A DNA stretch of 63,453 nt, filler included. It is 3 parts of 3 records of this genome, joined end to end, with 100 filler letters (N's around TTAATTAATTAA, not from the genome) between each part and the next. Parts side by side here need not be neighbours in the genome. Positions count along the whole stretch, not along the records: positions 1 to 30,932 come from SRR22947727_2442; 2 more parts are not named here. The stretch is one strand, 5' to 3'. Below are positions 1 through 9,564 of this stretch, piece after piece. The stretch's first letter is position 1, and every line of letters starts with the position of its first letter. The position numbers and the translations under genes were made by a program. The notes under the pieces were generated by a model. The model was given only the letters and a program-made list of their open reading frames with translations, made no database searches and was not told the origin of the DNA.

Positions 1-30
1 CTGGCGTCCTAACCCCTAGACGAACGGACC
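1..30 (-). tRNA. tRNA-Glu, 5' part only (anticodon lies outside the window)
   Basis: Reverse complement reads GGTCCGTTCGTCTAGGGGTTAGGACGCCAG, an acceptor stem and D-arm typical of tRNA-Glu; TATTTTTG promoter element at 54-61 (-). Confidence 0.8.
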
Positions 31-108
31 ATTAGTTTGCGCAATTGCGGATGCAAAAATACAACTATTTTTCACTATTGCAAGAGTCCGCTACAATTTT
101 TTCTCTTT

Positions 109-1584
109 TTAATAGGCCTTTGCAAATAAGACCCTTTTAGAAGAGGGCTTGCCCGTAATAATACACAGGCCTTGCTCTTCTTTTGCATCGATAGGAATAC
201 ACCTAATGGAAGCCTTTGTAGCGTCTTTTATCTTCGCTTCTGTGGCTATAGTGCCATCCCAATGCGCCGCAATAAAACCACCCTTTTCATTTAAGACCTT
301 TTTAAATTCTTCAAAAGTGTCTACAGGGGTAATGTGGGTGTCTCTAAATTCAAGGGCACGTTGGTATAGATTGTCTTGAATAACGGCTAACAACTGCTCT
401 ACATGCTCCACTAAATGGTCTGAAGCGACTGTTTCCTTAGTTAGGGTGTCTCTTCTGGCTACTTCAAACGTATTGTTGTCTAAATCTCTTTGTCCAATAG
501 CCAAACGAATAGGAACCCCTTTGAGTTCGTATTCATTAAATTTAAATCCTGGCTTGTGTGTATCTCTTTGGTCAAACTTCACTGAAATTCCCTTAGACTT
601 AAGCGCCTTTACTAAAGGTGCTACTTTTTCTGCTATAGCATCTAATTGGTCTGTACCTTTATATATAGGTACAATAACTACTTGTATGGGGGCTAATTTT
701 GGGGGTAATACCAATCCGTTGTCGTCTGAATGGGTCATAATAAGTGCACCCATTAGTCGGGTAGAAACTCCCCATGAAGTGGCCCATACATGCGCTTGTT
801 TTCCTTCTTTTGTTGCGTAGGTCACATCAAAAGCCTTGGCGAAATTTTGTCCTAAAAAGTGAGACGTACCTGCCTGTAATGCTTTTCCATCTTGCATCAT
901 GGCTTCAATACAATAGGTTTCTAAGGCACCAGCAAAACGTTCAGACTCCGTTTTTAATCCTTTAATCACAGGAACCGCCATAAATTCCTGTGCAAATGTA
1001 GCGTACACCTCCATCATTTGCTCAGCCTCAGCAATAGCCTCTTCTTTGGTAGCATGAGCGGTATGTCCTTCTTGCCACAAAAACTCTGATGTTCTCAAAA
1101 ACAAACGCGTTCTCATTTCCCAGCGAACTACATTGGCCCACTGATTAATTAGCAAGGGAAGGTCTCTATATGATTGTATCCACTTTCTATAGGTATCCCA
1201 AATGATGGTTTCTGAAGTAGGTCTGACAATTAATTCTTCTTCTAATTTAGCATCAGGATCAACAATTACACCACTCCCATCTTCTGCATTTTTAAGCCTG
1301 TAATGGGTTACTACAGCACATTCTTTAGCAAAACCATCTACATGGCTTGCCTCTTTACTAAAATATGACTTGGGAATGAACAGGGGGAAATAGGCATTCT
1401 CATGGCCCGTTTCTTTAAACATATGATCTAAAGCGGCCTGCATTTTTTCCCAAATGGCATATCCGTATGGTTTTATAACCATACAACCTCTTACGCCAGA
1501 ATTCTCTGCAAGGTCTGCTTTTCCTACTAATTCGTTATACCACTTAGAGTAGTCTTCACTTCTTTTGGTTAAATTTTTACTCAT
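109..1584 (-). CDS. proS: Proline--tRNA ligase (eukaryote/archaeal-like type found in Bacteroidota)
   Basis: [41 protein letters not shown]-terminal FAKAY. Confidence 0.97.
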   Translation of the reverse strand: MSKNLTKRSEDYSKWYNELVGKADLAENSGVRGCMVIKPYGYAIWEKMQAALDHMFKETGHENAYFPLFIPKSYFSKEASHVDGFAKECAVVTHYRLKNAEDGSGVIVDPDAKLEEELIVRPTSETIIWDTYRKWIQSYRDLPLLINQWANVVRWEMRTRLFLRTSEFLWQEGHTAHATKEEAIAEAEQMMEVYATFAQEFMAVPVIKGLKTESERFAGALETYCIEAMMQDGKALQAGTSHFLGQNFAKAFDVTYATKEGKQAHVWATSWGVSTRLMGALIMTHSDDNGLVLPPKLAPIQVVIVPIYKGTDQLDAIAEKVAPLVKALKSKGISVKFDQRDTHKPGFKFNEYELKGVPIRLAIGQRDLDNNTFEVARRDTLTKETVASDHLVEHVEQLLAVIQDNLYQRALEFRDTHITPVDTFEEFKKVLNEKGGFIAAHWDGTIATEAKIKDATKASIRCIPIDAKEEQGLCIITGKPSSKRVLFAKAY

Positions 1585-1594
1585 AACTTAGAGT

Positions 1595-1610
1595 TTGGCA
1601 CAAATCTTGT
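1595..1610 (+). promoter_or_regulatory. Candidate sigma54 -24/-12 promoter for the lipoprotein/FadL-like pair
   Basis: TTGGCACAAATCTTGT: GG-N10-GT, exact sigma54 spacing but GT instead of GC at -12. Confidence 0.45.
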
Positions 1611-1686
1611 AATTTAGCCTATAGTTAGTATATAATTCTCAGTACTACGCCTTTTAAAACCATTTTACTAGTCTGGCACTTTGGCA

Positions 1687-1694
1687 CAAAACTA
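1687..1694 (-). promoter_or_regulatory. Bacteroidota -7 promoter element for proS
   Basis: TAGTTTTG on the minus strand matches TAnnTTTG. Confidence 0.6.
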
Positions 1695-1732
1695 ACTATT
1701 TTTAAAGAGCATAACAATTAAATTATAGCCAT

Positions 1733-3220
1733 ATGAAAACACAAACATTTACTTCCGGTTTTAGATCTTTAGGATTACTAATAACAGTAAGCTTGTTTTT
1801 GACTTCATGTGGAAGTTTCACCCAAGCATCTTATTATGCACAAGATGGGATTTATAGCAATCCCAATGGAGTAGTAAGAACAGTGGCTGCTACTGAAACA
1901 GCTGTTCCGTTGGTGAACGAAAACCCAAATGAATTTGGGTCTTATTTTTCAGATCGCGCCAACACTTACGACTCCTTATTAGAAGAAGACAATTTCACTT
2001 CTGCAGACCAATACAATTCTGGAGAATACAATGAAAACTATGACGAAAGTCAGGGATACCAACCCCAAAACAATCAAGTGTCTTCTGGTCAAAATAATGC
2101 TCAAGCGGGTTGGGGAAGCAGCCCGTCTGCAGTGACCATTCAAATTCACAACAATACTTGGTTTGATCATTTTTATCCAGGAGATCCATTTTTTGGTAAT
2201 CCAGGGATAGTTCCTATGGGCATGCAAGGGCTTTATTTCTCCTCTTTTGCCAATATGAGTAACATAAGATTTCGCCCTTGGAGAAACTGGAGATTTAACC
2301 AATGGGGCATGAACCCTTGGGGATTTGATCAATGGGGCTGGGGCTTTAATAACTGGGGTGGAAACCCTTGGGGCTGGAGCTTTAACAATTGGAACAATAT
2401 GGGCTGGAACAGTTGGAACAGATGGGGATGGAACGGATGGGGTTTTCAAAACCCAGTGGCATTTTACGGACCTTACAACTATGCTAGAGTCAATGGATTT
2501 GGTAGAAGCAACCAATTCAACAGGAGTCCATACAGAACTAATGTTGCGGTAAATGTGACCAGAAGAGGCAAAAACAACCAGACCCAAAGAAGCAATAGCA
2601 GCTATGCCCTCAGAAAAAATACTTTAAGTGTGAGTGGGTTGAGGAATTATCTCAGAACCACTGACAACAGCAGGGTAATAGACGCTTACAAAAACAATAA
2701 TCGGTCTATTGATGGAATAGTAACTTCTAACAACGGACTTAGAAACAATATTGGAAGAACAACTTCTAATACAAGAACTGTGTCCTCTAATGGAAACACG
2801 AGAATGGTCTCTGCTAATAATTTATCTAACAACCTTAGGGACCGTACTTACAACACTTCTAACGCAATAAGAAACAACAGTATTGTAAGAACACCTCGCG
2901 CAACAAGGAACAACACTGTGAGAAGTATTCAGAGTCCTAACAACCAACTGTACAGAAATCTAGCGCCTAGAACGAGTAATTTTAATAGCAATGCTACAAG
3001 AAGCACTGGCACAAATAGTGTTAGAAATGTAAGTCCTATTAGAAGGAGCTATAATACCCAAAGTAGTCCTGTAAAAAGATCTAGCATTAATCGCTCTAGC
3101 AACACTAACAGCGCTCCTGCTGTAAGATCTTCTAATAATGTAAGGAGCAGTAGTAGTAACCGATCCAGTTCTTCTAGCAGGTCTTCTTCTAGCAGCAAAT
3201 CTAGTGGAAGGAGAAATTAA
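1733..3220 (+). CDS. Lipoprotein with W/G/N-rich repeats and a long N/R/S-rich disordered tail
   Basis: Lipobox-like LTSC after a hydrophobic stretch; repeated WGxN/WGW motifs; Ser/Arg-rich C-terminus. Confidence 0.8.
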   Translation: MKTQTFTSGFRSLGLLITVSLFLTSCGSFTQASYYAQDGIYSNPNGVVRTVAATETAVPLVNENPNEFGSYFSDRANTYDSLLEEDNFTSADQYNSGEYNENYDESQGYQPQNNQVSSGQNNAQAGWGSSPSAVTIQIHNNTWFDHFYPGDPFFGNPGIVPMGMQGLYFSSFANMSNIRFRPWRNWRFNQWGMNPWGFDQWGWGFNNWGGNPWGWSFNNWNNMGWNSWNRWGWNGWGFQNPVAFYGPYNYARVNGFGRSNQFNRSPYRTNVAVNVTRRGKNNQTQRSNSSYALRKNTLSVSGLRNYLRTTDNSRVIDAYKNNNRSIDGIVTSNNGLRNNIGRTTSNTRTVSSNGNTRMVSANNLSNNLRDRTYNTSNAIRNNSIVRTPRATRNNTVRSIQSPNNQLYRNLAPRTSNFNSNATRSTGTNSVRNVSPIRRSYNTQSSPVKRSSINRSSNTNSAPAVRSSNNVRSSSSNRSSSSSRSSSSSKSSGRRN

Positions 3221-3236
3221 ATAGCATTTACAATAA

Positions 3237-4736
3237 ATGAAAAAAGTATTATTAGGGGTCTTTTTAGCCACAGGCTTATTGACCTATGCACAACAAATTC
3301 AGGACCTTCCATTGTTTGGACTAGAGCAAAGGACAGGAACAGCAAGATTCCAAGCCATGGCTGGTGCTTTTGGGGCCCTAGGGGGAGATTTCTCTGCGCT
3401 TGCGATTAATCCTGCAGGGGCTGCCGTATTCAAGCACAGTCAAATGGGCTTTGGACTCTCTCATTTTCAGACAGAAAACAACACCCAATTAAATGCGACA
3501 AATACCCAAGCCAATAAAGGCCATTTGAGTTTTAACCAAGCAGGTATTGTTTTTGTGTACGACAACAGTAAAAACAGCCCTTGGAAAAAAATCAGTTTGG
3601 CCTTAAACTCAGACAATAGCAACCAATACAAATCAAGGGTAAATGCAAAAGGAAATACATCCAACGGTCTAGACCAATACTTTCTTCATTACGCCAACGG
3701 CACCCCTTTTGGTGACATTCTAAAGTTAGACGGTGAACTACTAGAAGAAGCCTATCTCAATATTGGTTCACAAATTGGATATGCAGCGCAACAAGCATTT
3801 TTAGGTTATTACAGTGGCGTGTTAGACCCAGCTGAACTAGACAATAACAGTATCAGCAGCTATGTATCCAATGCCCTATACCAGCAAGTACGCCAGAACC
3901 ATCATATTCAAACCAAAGGAAGAAATAGTAAATTTGTTGCTACCACAGCGGCACAATACAAAGACTTCTTATTTTTGGGAGCTGGACTTGAATTTCAAAA
4001 CTTGGTTTTCGAAAAACAAGGAAGGATAAATGAAGATGGATACAGTGCAAATAGTCCCATACAATACATAGATTTTGACAATTTTATAAGAACAGACGGA
4101 AATGGTGTTGCCCTAAGTCTAGGTGCCATAGCCAGAGTTTCTCAATTTTTGAGACTTGGAGTGAGTTATAAAACCCCAACTTGGTATACCTTATCTGAAA
4201 AAACACACCAACAAATTGGGAGCAATTTGGAAGACGTAGATATTGAATTCATTGACCAAAACCAGATCAACCTATTTGAAGATTACAGGATCACGATTCC
4301 TTCAAAAATAACGCTTAGTGGAGCCTTGGTAGTGGGCAAAACAGGTTTAATTAGTGTAGACTATAGCCAACAAGATTTCTCCACTGCAAGATTTAGACCC
4401 CTTAACGATCCTTATTTCAGTAATTTAAATAGTGCTGCCAACAATGACCTTGGCACAGTCAATAGTTTAAACATTGGAGGAGAATTTAATCTTTCAAGAT
4501 GGTCTTTTAGAGTGGGCTATAGTGCCCAAAACAGTCCTTTTGTAAACAATACCGTTAACACCATTAATACAAGTTCTGGATTGGGATGGGTTTTCAATGG
4601 AGGAAGAATTGATTTTGCTTACAGTCAATGGGAACAAAGCCAGTCAGTTTCTCCTCTAAATTTTCCTGAAGGCACGGCTTTTCAAATGGAAACACGCAGA
4701 AATATTGCTAGCATGACTTATACGCTGTTCTTCTAA
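3237..4736 (+). CDS. OmpP1/FadL-family outer-membrane beta-barrel
   Basis: Signal peptide; GTARFQAMAGAFGALGGDFSALAINPAG motif; C-terminal Phe. Confidence 0.85.
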   Translation: MKKVLLGVFLATGLLTYAQQIQDLPLFGLEQRTGTARFQAMAGAFGALGGDFSALAINPAGAAVFKHSQMGFGLSHFQTENNTQLNATNTQANKGHLSFNQAGIVFVYDNSKNSPWKKISLALNSDNSNQYKSRVNAKGNTSNGLDQYFLHYANGTPFGDILKLDGELLEEAYLNIGSQIGYAAQQAFLGYYSGVLDPAELDNNSISSYVSNALYQQVRQNHHIQTKGRNSKFVATTAAQYKDFLFLGAGLEFQNLVFEKQGRINEDGYSANSPIQYIDFDNFIRTDGNGVALSLGAIARVSQFLRLGVSYKTPTWYTLSEKTHQQIGSNLEDVDIEFIDQNQINLFEDYRITIPSKITLSGALVVGKTGLISVDYSQQDFSTARFRPLNDPYFSNLNSAANNDLGTVNSLNIGGEFNLSRWSFRVGYSAQNSPFVNNTVNTINTSSGLGWVFNGGRIDFAYSQWEQSQSVSPLNFPEGTAFQMETRRNIASMTYTLFF

Positions 4737-4770
4737 GTCAAAAAAGCTATAAATCCCGGTAGAATTGCCC

Positions 4771-4778
4771 TATATTTG
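4771..4778 (+). promoter_or_regulatory. Bacteroidota -7 promoter element for folE-cysS
   Basis: TATATTTG; it overlaps the TTG start used by the ORF track, so the real start is downstream. Confidence 0.6.
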
Positions 4779-4802
4779 CATCAGAAACGTACTAAATTTA
4801 GA

Positions 4803-5483
4803 ATGAAAATAGACCAAAACGCTATGGAGGCCCAAGAAGACCTTTCTATGGACCACCTGTCTGCAGCAGAAAATACTCCGCTAAGATCAGATGCTTTTGA
4901 CCTCTCAGATGAGGCCAAAATTGAAAATATTAAAGGCCATGTAACTGCCATATTAAACACCCTAGGTTTAGACCTAACAGACGACAGTCTAAAAGGCACA
5001 CCAAATAGGGTGGCTAAAATGTTTGTCAATGAAATATTTGGTGGCTTGCATCCAAACAAAAGACCAAAAGCCTCTACTTTTAGTAATAAATACAAGTATG
5101 GAGAAATGCTTGTTGAAAAAAATATTACCCTCTACTCTACTTGCGAGCACCATTTGCTCCCTATTGTTGGTAAAGCACATGTGGCTTATATCTCCAAAGG
5201 AACCGTAGTGGGATTGTCAAAAATGAATCGAATTGTAGATTATTTTGCCAAAAGACCCCAAGTTCAAGAGCGTTTGACCATACAAATTGTCAGGGAATTA
5301 CAAAAAGTACTCGGCACACAAGATGTGGCTTGCGTCATAGATGCAAAACACCTGTGTGTAAACTCTAGAGGGATTAGAGATATAGATTCTAGTACCGTTA
5401 CAGCAGAGTACGGAGGTGCTTTTAAAGAAGCTGCTACCAGAAAAGAATTCATAAATTTCCTAAATCTTCCGGTTAATTTCTAG
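4803..5483 (+). CDS. folE: GTP cyclohydrolase I
   Basis: TPNRVAKM, CEHH, GLSKMNR, QVQERLT, HLCVNSRG; start moved to ATG 4803. Confidence 0.96.
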   Translation: MKIDQNAMEAQEDLSMDHLSAAENTPLRSDAFDLSDEAKIENIKGHVTAILNTLGLDLTDDSLKGTPNRVAKMFVNEIFGGLHPNKRPKASTFSNKYKYGEMLVEKNITLYSTCEHHLLPIVGKAHVAYISKGTVVGLSKMNRIVDYFAKRPQVQERLTIQIVRELQKVLGTQDVACVIDAKHLCVNSRGIRDIDSSTVTAEYGGAFKEAATRKEFINFLNLPVNF

Positions 5484-5494
5484 TCTAAAAAAGC

Positions 5495-6973
5495 ATGTCT
5501 GCACCACAAAACAACACCTTAAAAATATACAATTCCCTGAGTGGAAAAAAAGAGATATTTACCCCTATTACAGTGGGTTATGTAGGTATGTATGTATGTG
5601 GACCAACCGTCTATTCTCAAGTACACCTTGGAAATTGTAGGACCTTTATGTCGTTTGACATGATTTTTAGATACCTCAAGCATTTGGGGTTTAAAGTGAG
5701 GTATGTCAGAAACATTACAGATGCTGGGCACTTAGAAAATGACGCAGAGGAAGGCGAAGACAAAATTGCAAAGAAGGCCCGATTAGAACAGATTGAACCT
5801 ATGGAAGTGGTGCAAAAATACACAGTTGACTTTCATAATATCTTGACGCAATTCAACTTATTACCACCGAGTATTGAACCCACGGCTACTGGGCACATCA
5901 TTGAACAAATACAGATTATTGATGAAATTATAGCCAAAGGCTATGCGTACCATGTCAATGGATCTGTTTACTTTGATGTTCAAAAATTTAACGAAACCAA
6001 TGATTACGGTAAACTAAGTGGCAGGAAACTAGAAGACATGTTGGCCAACACCAGAAGTCTAACAGCTCAAGACGAAAAAAAATCTCCCCAAGATTTTGCC
6101 CTTTGGAAAAAAGCAGAGCCACAACACATCATGAGATGGCCTTCTAAATGGGGCGACGGTTTCCCAGGATGGCACCTTGAATGTACTGCGATGAGCACAA
6201 AATATTTAGGAAAAACCTTTGATATTCACGGGGGAGGGATGGATTTAAAATTCCCACACCACGAATGTGAAATTGCCCAAGCAGAAGCTACCAATGGGGT
6301 ATCTCCAGTAAAATATTGGATGCATGCCAATATGCTCACTCTAAATGGCAAAAAGATGTCTAAATCTACCGATAATAATATTTTACCGGGAGAGATCTTT
6401 AGTGGGGAAAACAATATACTCTCAAAACCTTTCACTGCATCTGTATTACGATTTTTCATGATGCAAGCACATTACACCAGTATTTTAGACTTGAGTAATG
6501 AAGCTTTATTGGCCTCTGAAAAGGGACATGCTCGCTTAATGGAGGCTTTTAAGCAACTAGACAGTGTAGTCGTGGGAAACCATACAGATTTTGACTTAAA
6601 AAGCTGGGAAGACAAGTGTTATTCTGCTATGAATGATGACTTTAACACACCCATACTCATTGCCCACTTATTTGAAGGGGTCAAAGAAATTAATTTATTA
6701 AAGGAAGGTAATCACCAAATAAGCCAAGCAGATAAAGCACATTTTACTGCTTTATTAAAGGCTTTTGTATTGGATGTTTTAGGCTTAAAAGAAGGCGTGG
6801 AAATGGCTACAAACAGCCAAACCCCTGCATTAGTAGAAATGCTCATTAAACTGAGAAAAGAAGCTAGAGACAATAAAGACTTTGCTACTTCAGATGCGAT
6901 TAGAAACCAATTATTGGCTCTAGGCATTCAGTTAAAGGACGGTGCAGAGGGAACCACCTTTAGCTTGTCATAG
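5495..6973 (+). CDS. cysS: Cysteine--tRNA ligase
   Basis: [26 protein letters not shown]. Confidence 0.97.
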   Translation: MSAPQNNTLKIYNSLSGKKEIFTPITVGYVGMYVCGPTVYSQVHLGNCRTFMSFDMIFRYLKHLGFKVRYVRNITDAGHLENDAEEGEDKIAKKARLEQIEPMEVVQKYTVDFHNILTQFNLLPPSIEPTATGHIIEQIQIIDEIIAKGYAYHVNGSVYFDVQKFNETNDYGKLSGRKLEDMLANTRSLTAQDEKKSPQDFALWKKAEPQHIMRWPSKWGDGFPGWHLECTAMSTKYLGKTFDIHGGGMDLKFPHHECEIAQAEATNGVSPVKYWMHANMLTLNGKKMSKSTDNNILPGEIFSGENNILSKPFTASVLRFFMMQAHYTSILDLSNEALLASEKGHARLMEAFKQLDSVVVGNHTDFDLKSWEDKCYSAMNDDFNTPILIAHLFEGVKEINLLKEGNHQISQADKAHFTALLKAFVLDVLGLKEGVEMATNSQTPALVEMLIKLRKEARDNKDFATSDAIRNQLLALGIQLKDGAEGTTFSLS

Positions 6974-7056
6974 CATTTAATAAAATACGACGGGCGCACA
7001 GTAAAAAAACCAATTGCAACCATTCATGTAAACCGAATAAACGAAAACAACTGCGT

Positions 7057-7278
7057 TTGAAAAAATTTCTTATTTTACCTTTTGTGCTCCTGATTCGGTT
7101 TTACCAAAACTTCATTTCACCACTTACGCCACCCAGCTGTAGGTACACCCCTACCTGCTCTAGCTATAGTTTAGAGGCTTTCCAAAAATATGGGCTTTTT
7201 AAAGGAGCATGGCTGTCTACCAAAAGAATTTTGAGCTGCAATCCTTGGGGAGGTCATGGACATGACCCAGTGCCCTAA
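7057..7278 (+). CDS. yidD: Membrane protein insertion efficiency factor
   Basis: [28 protein letters not shown]. Confidence 0.93.
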   Translation: MKKFLILPFVLLIRFYQNFISPLTPPSCRYTPTCSSYSLEAFQKYGLFKGAWLSTKRILSCNPWGGHGHDPVP

Positions 7279-7336
7279 AAATAAATTGAACGAATAAAGC
7301 CATCTATTTTGCTATCTTAGCATAAACTTTATAAGC

Positions 7337-8293
7337 ATGCATATTTTAGGAATTATATGGAACCCAAATGAAACCTTATTTAACCTAGGGGGATTACAGA
7401 TAAAATACTACAACTTACTTTGGATTATTGCCTTCGCATTAGGCTGGTACTTAATGAAAAAGATCTTTTTGTCTGAGAAAAAAACCTTAGAGCAATTAGA
7501 TTCCCTTTTCATTCATGCGGTCTTATCTACTATGCTTGGCGCTAGATTAGGACATGTTTTTTTCTATGATTGGGCCTATTATCAAGACCATTTATTAGAA
7601 ATATTATTACCGATCAGAGAAAGCAGCAAAGGAGCATTATTTGGTCTTATCAGAGGATATGAATTCACAGGATTTGCAGGTTTAGCGAGTCATGGAGCAG
7701 CTATTGGTATTATCCTAGGGATGATGCTCTACATAAAAAAGAATCCGGAATTCAAATTGCTTTCGCTGTTTGACAGGCTGGTGGTACCTGTATCGCTTGG
7801 TGCTTTCTGTATTAGACTAGGGAATTTTTTCAACTCTGAAATAAACGGTAAAATAGTTAGTGGCGACTTTATTTTTGCCACTAAATTCATCCGAGATTCT
7901 GAAGACATGTCTGCCTATAAAGCTATGGGGATTACAGGAGAGCGCACCCCAGAGGCTGCCTATGCTATGATTGAAACAAATCCAGACTTTGCCGCATACT
8001 TAGAAGCCATTCCATTTAGACACCCTGCTCAGCTTTATGAAGGGATTGCCTATTTAGCAATTTTTATTTTATTGTACTATATATTTTGGAATACTGCTAA
8101 AAAAGATAAAGTAGGGTACCTTTTTGGTCTATTCTTTATCCTACTATGGGCCACCAGGTTTTTTGTAGAGTACGTAAAGAAAAGTCAAGGAGGATTTGAG
8201 GAAAGTCTGGGCTTGTTAAGTACGGGACAATGGCTCAGTATTCCCTTTATACTCATAGGTGCATATTATATGCTGCGCCCAGTAAAAAAATAA
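7337..8293 (+). CDS. lgt: Prolipoprotein diacylglyceryl transferase
   Basis: GARLGHVFFY, GLASHG, RLGNFFNSEI, RHPAQLYE. Confidence 0.95.
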   Translation: MHILGIIWNPNETLFNLGGLQIKYYNLLWIIAFALGWYLMKKIFLSEKKTLEQLDSLFIHAVLSTMLGARLGHVFFYDWAYYQDHLLEILLPIRESSKGALFGLIRGYEFTGFAGLASHGAAIGIILGMMLYIKKNPEFKLLSLFDRLVVPVSLGAFCIRLGNFFNSEINGKIVSGDFIFATKFIRDSEDMSAYKAMGITGERTPEAAYAMIETNPDFAAYLEAIPFRHPAQLYEGIAYLAIFILLYYIFWNTAKKDKVGYLFGLFFILLWATRFFVEYVKKSQGGFEESLGLLSTGQWLSIPFILIGAYYMLRPVKK

Positions 8294-8299
8294 AATCAG

Positions 8300-9511
8300 A
8301 TGCCTTCGCATCTCCATCTTTTCATAGGAAATCACATTAATGAGGATCGGGTCTATAGGTATCTCAAAGAAGTCTATCCTAAAACAAAAAAAGCCTCATG
8401 GTTTTCTAAAAAAGCCATTGAAGCACTTATTTTAGAAGAACGTATCCATGATTTAAAATGGTTTACAGACTCTTATGGTCAATCGCTAGAGCGAATGTCT
8501 AGTGGCCAACAAGGCATGGCATTTTTCAAGCATATCCTGAGTCAACAAAAAGAAACCATTGTGCTAATTAACCCAATGGCTCATTTAGACGCAACCAACA
8601 GGCGCTCTATAGAAGAAGAACTAGATCGAATCTGTGGTCAAATCAATCTTGTGGTAGTCACTTCAAATGAACAATGGATCCCTAAATTCATTAGTCAAAA
8701 ATCTTATATAGAATACGATTCAGCTTTAGGCGTTCAAAATGAATTATTCTTAACAGAACTTACAAATTCTGATCAAAAGCTTTGGCGTATTTTTAAAAAA
8801 AATAATTTAAAGAAAAAAGTCCCAGAAATACTAGTTAGACTTGAGAATGTCGAGGTTTCCTATGGCAATAAAAAGGTATTACACAAAATTAACTGGACCA
8901 TTAAAAGTGGTGATTTCTGGCAGTTAAAAGGAGAAAATGGGTCGGGAAAAACAACCCTACTCTCCTTGATAACCGGAGACAATCCAAAGGGATTCGGCCA
9001 AGACTTGTGGCTGTTTGGCCACAAAAAAGGAAGTGGAGAAAGTGTTTGGGAAATTAAGAAACAACTGGGCTACTACGCTCCATCTATGGTTCAAATGTTT
9101 CCTGGCACACATAGCGCAATAGAAATGATATTAGGAGGGGTATTAGACCAAGTGGGTTTATACAGTGTGCCTTCTGAAGAAATGACTCAAAAAGCCAGAT
9201 TATGGCTAAAGGTGGTTGGACTTTCTGCTATAGATAAAATGCCTTTCCATGCATTGTCTGAAGGACAAAAAGGAATGGTAATGACTTTAAGGGCCATGAT
9301 AAAATTTCCTGCATTACTTATTTTAGATGAACCTACTAGTGGACTAGATTCCACTCAAAGTAAGCAATACATACAATTAGTAGACACTATAGCCAAGCAA
9401 ACAAACACTGCCATTGTTTTGGTGTCTCATATAGAGGAACACGAGTTTAAGAAAGCCAAACGAATAGTACTTTACAAAACACCCCAAGGAAGTGTTGCTA
9501 AGATAATCTAA
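8300..9511 (+). CDS. ModF-like ABC ATPase (degenerate N-terminal and intact C-terminal ABC domain)
   Basis: GENGSGKT, LSEGQ, LILDEPT; GSGESVWEIKK typical of ModF-like proteins; N-terminal remnant MSSGQ..INPMAHLD. Confidence 0.8.
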   Translation: MPSHLHLFIGNHINEDRVYRYLKEVYPKTKKASWFSKKAIEALILEERIHDLKWFTDSYGQSLERMSSGQQGMAFFKHILSQQKETIVLINPMAHLDATNRRSIEEELDRICGQINLVVVTSNEQWIPKFISQKSYIEYDSALGVQNELFLTELTNSDQKLWRIFKKNNLKKKVPEILVRLENVEVSYGNKKVLHKINWTIKSGDFWQLKGENGSGKTTLLSLITGDNPKGFGQDLWLFGHKKGSGESVWEIKKQLGYYAPSMVQMFPGTHSAIEMILGGVLDQVGLYSVPSEEMTQKARLWLKVVGLSAIDKMPFHALSEGQKGMVMTLRAMIKFPALLILDEPTSGLDSTQSKQYIQLVDTIAKQTNTAIVLVSHIEEHEFKKAKRIVLYKTPQGSVAKII

Positions 9512-9544
9512 AAAAAAGGCGGCCAAATGGCCGCCTTTTTTTTT
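9510..9544. terminator. Bidirectional intrinsic terminator
   Basis: A-tract GGCGGCCA AA TGGCCGCC T-tract between convergent genes. Confidence 0.9.
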
Positions 9545-9564
9545 GCATTGAACCTAAGTTCAAA

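Noticed and set aside
1979-2587. 202-aa antisense ORF with Pro-rich repeats
   Set aside because: Mirror of the TGG/GGN/AAC-rich repeats of the lipoprotein on the other strand.
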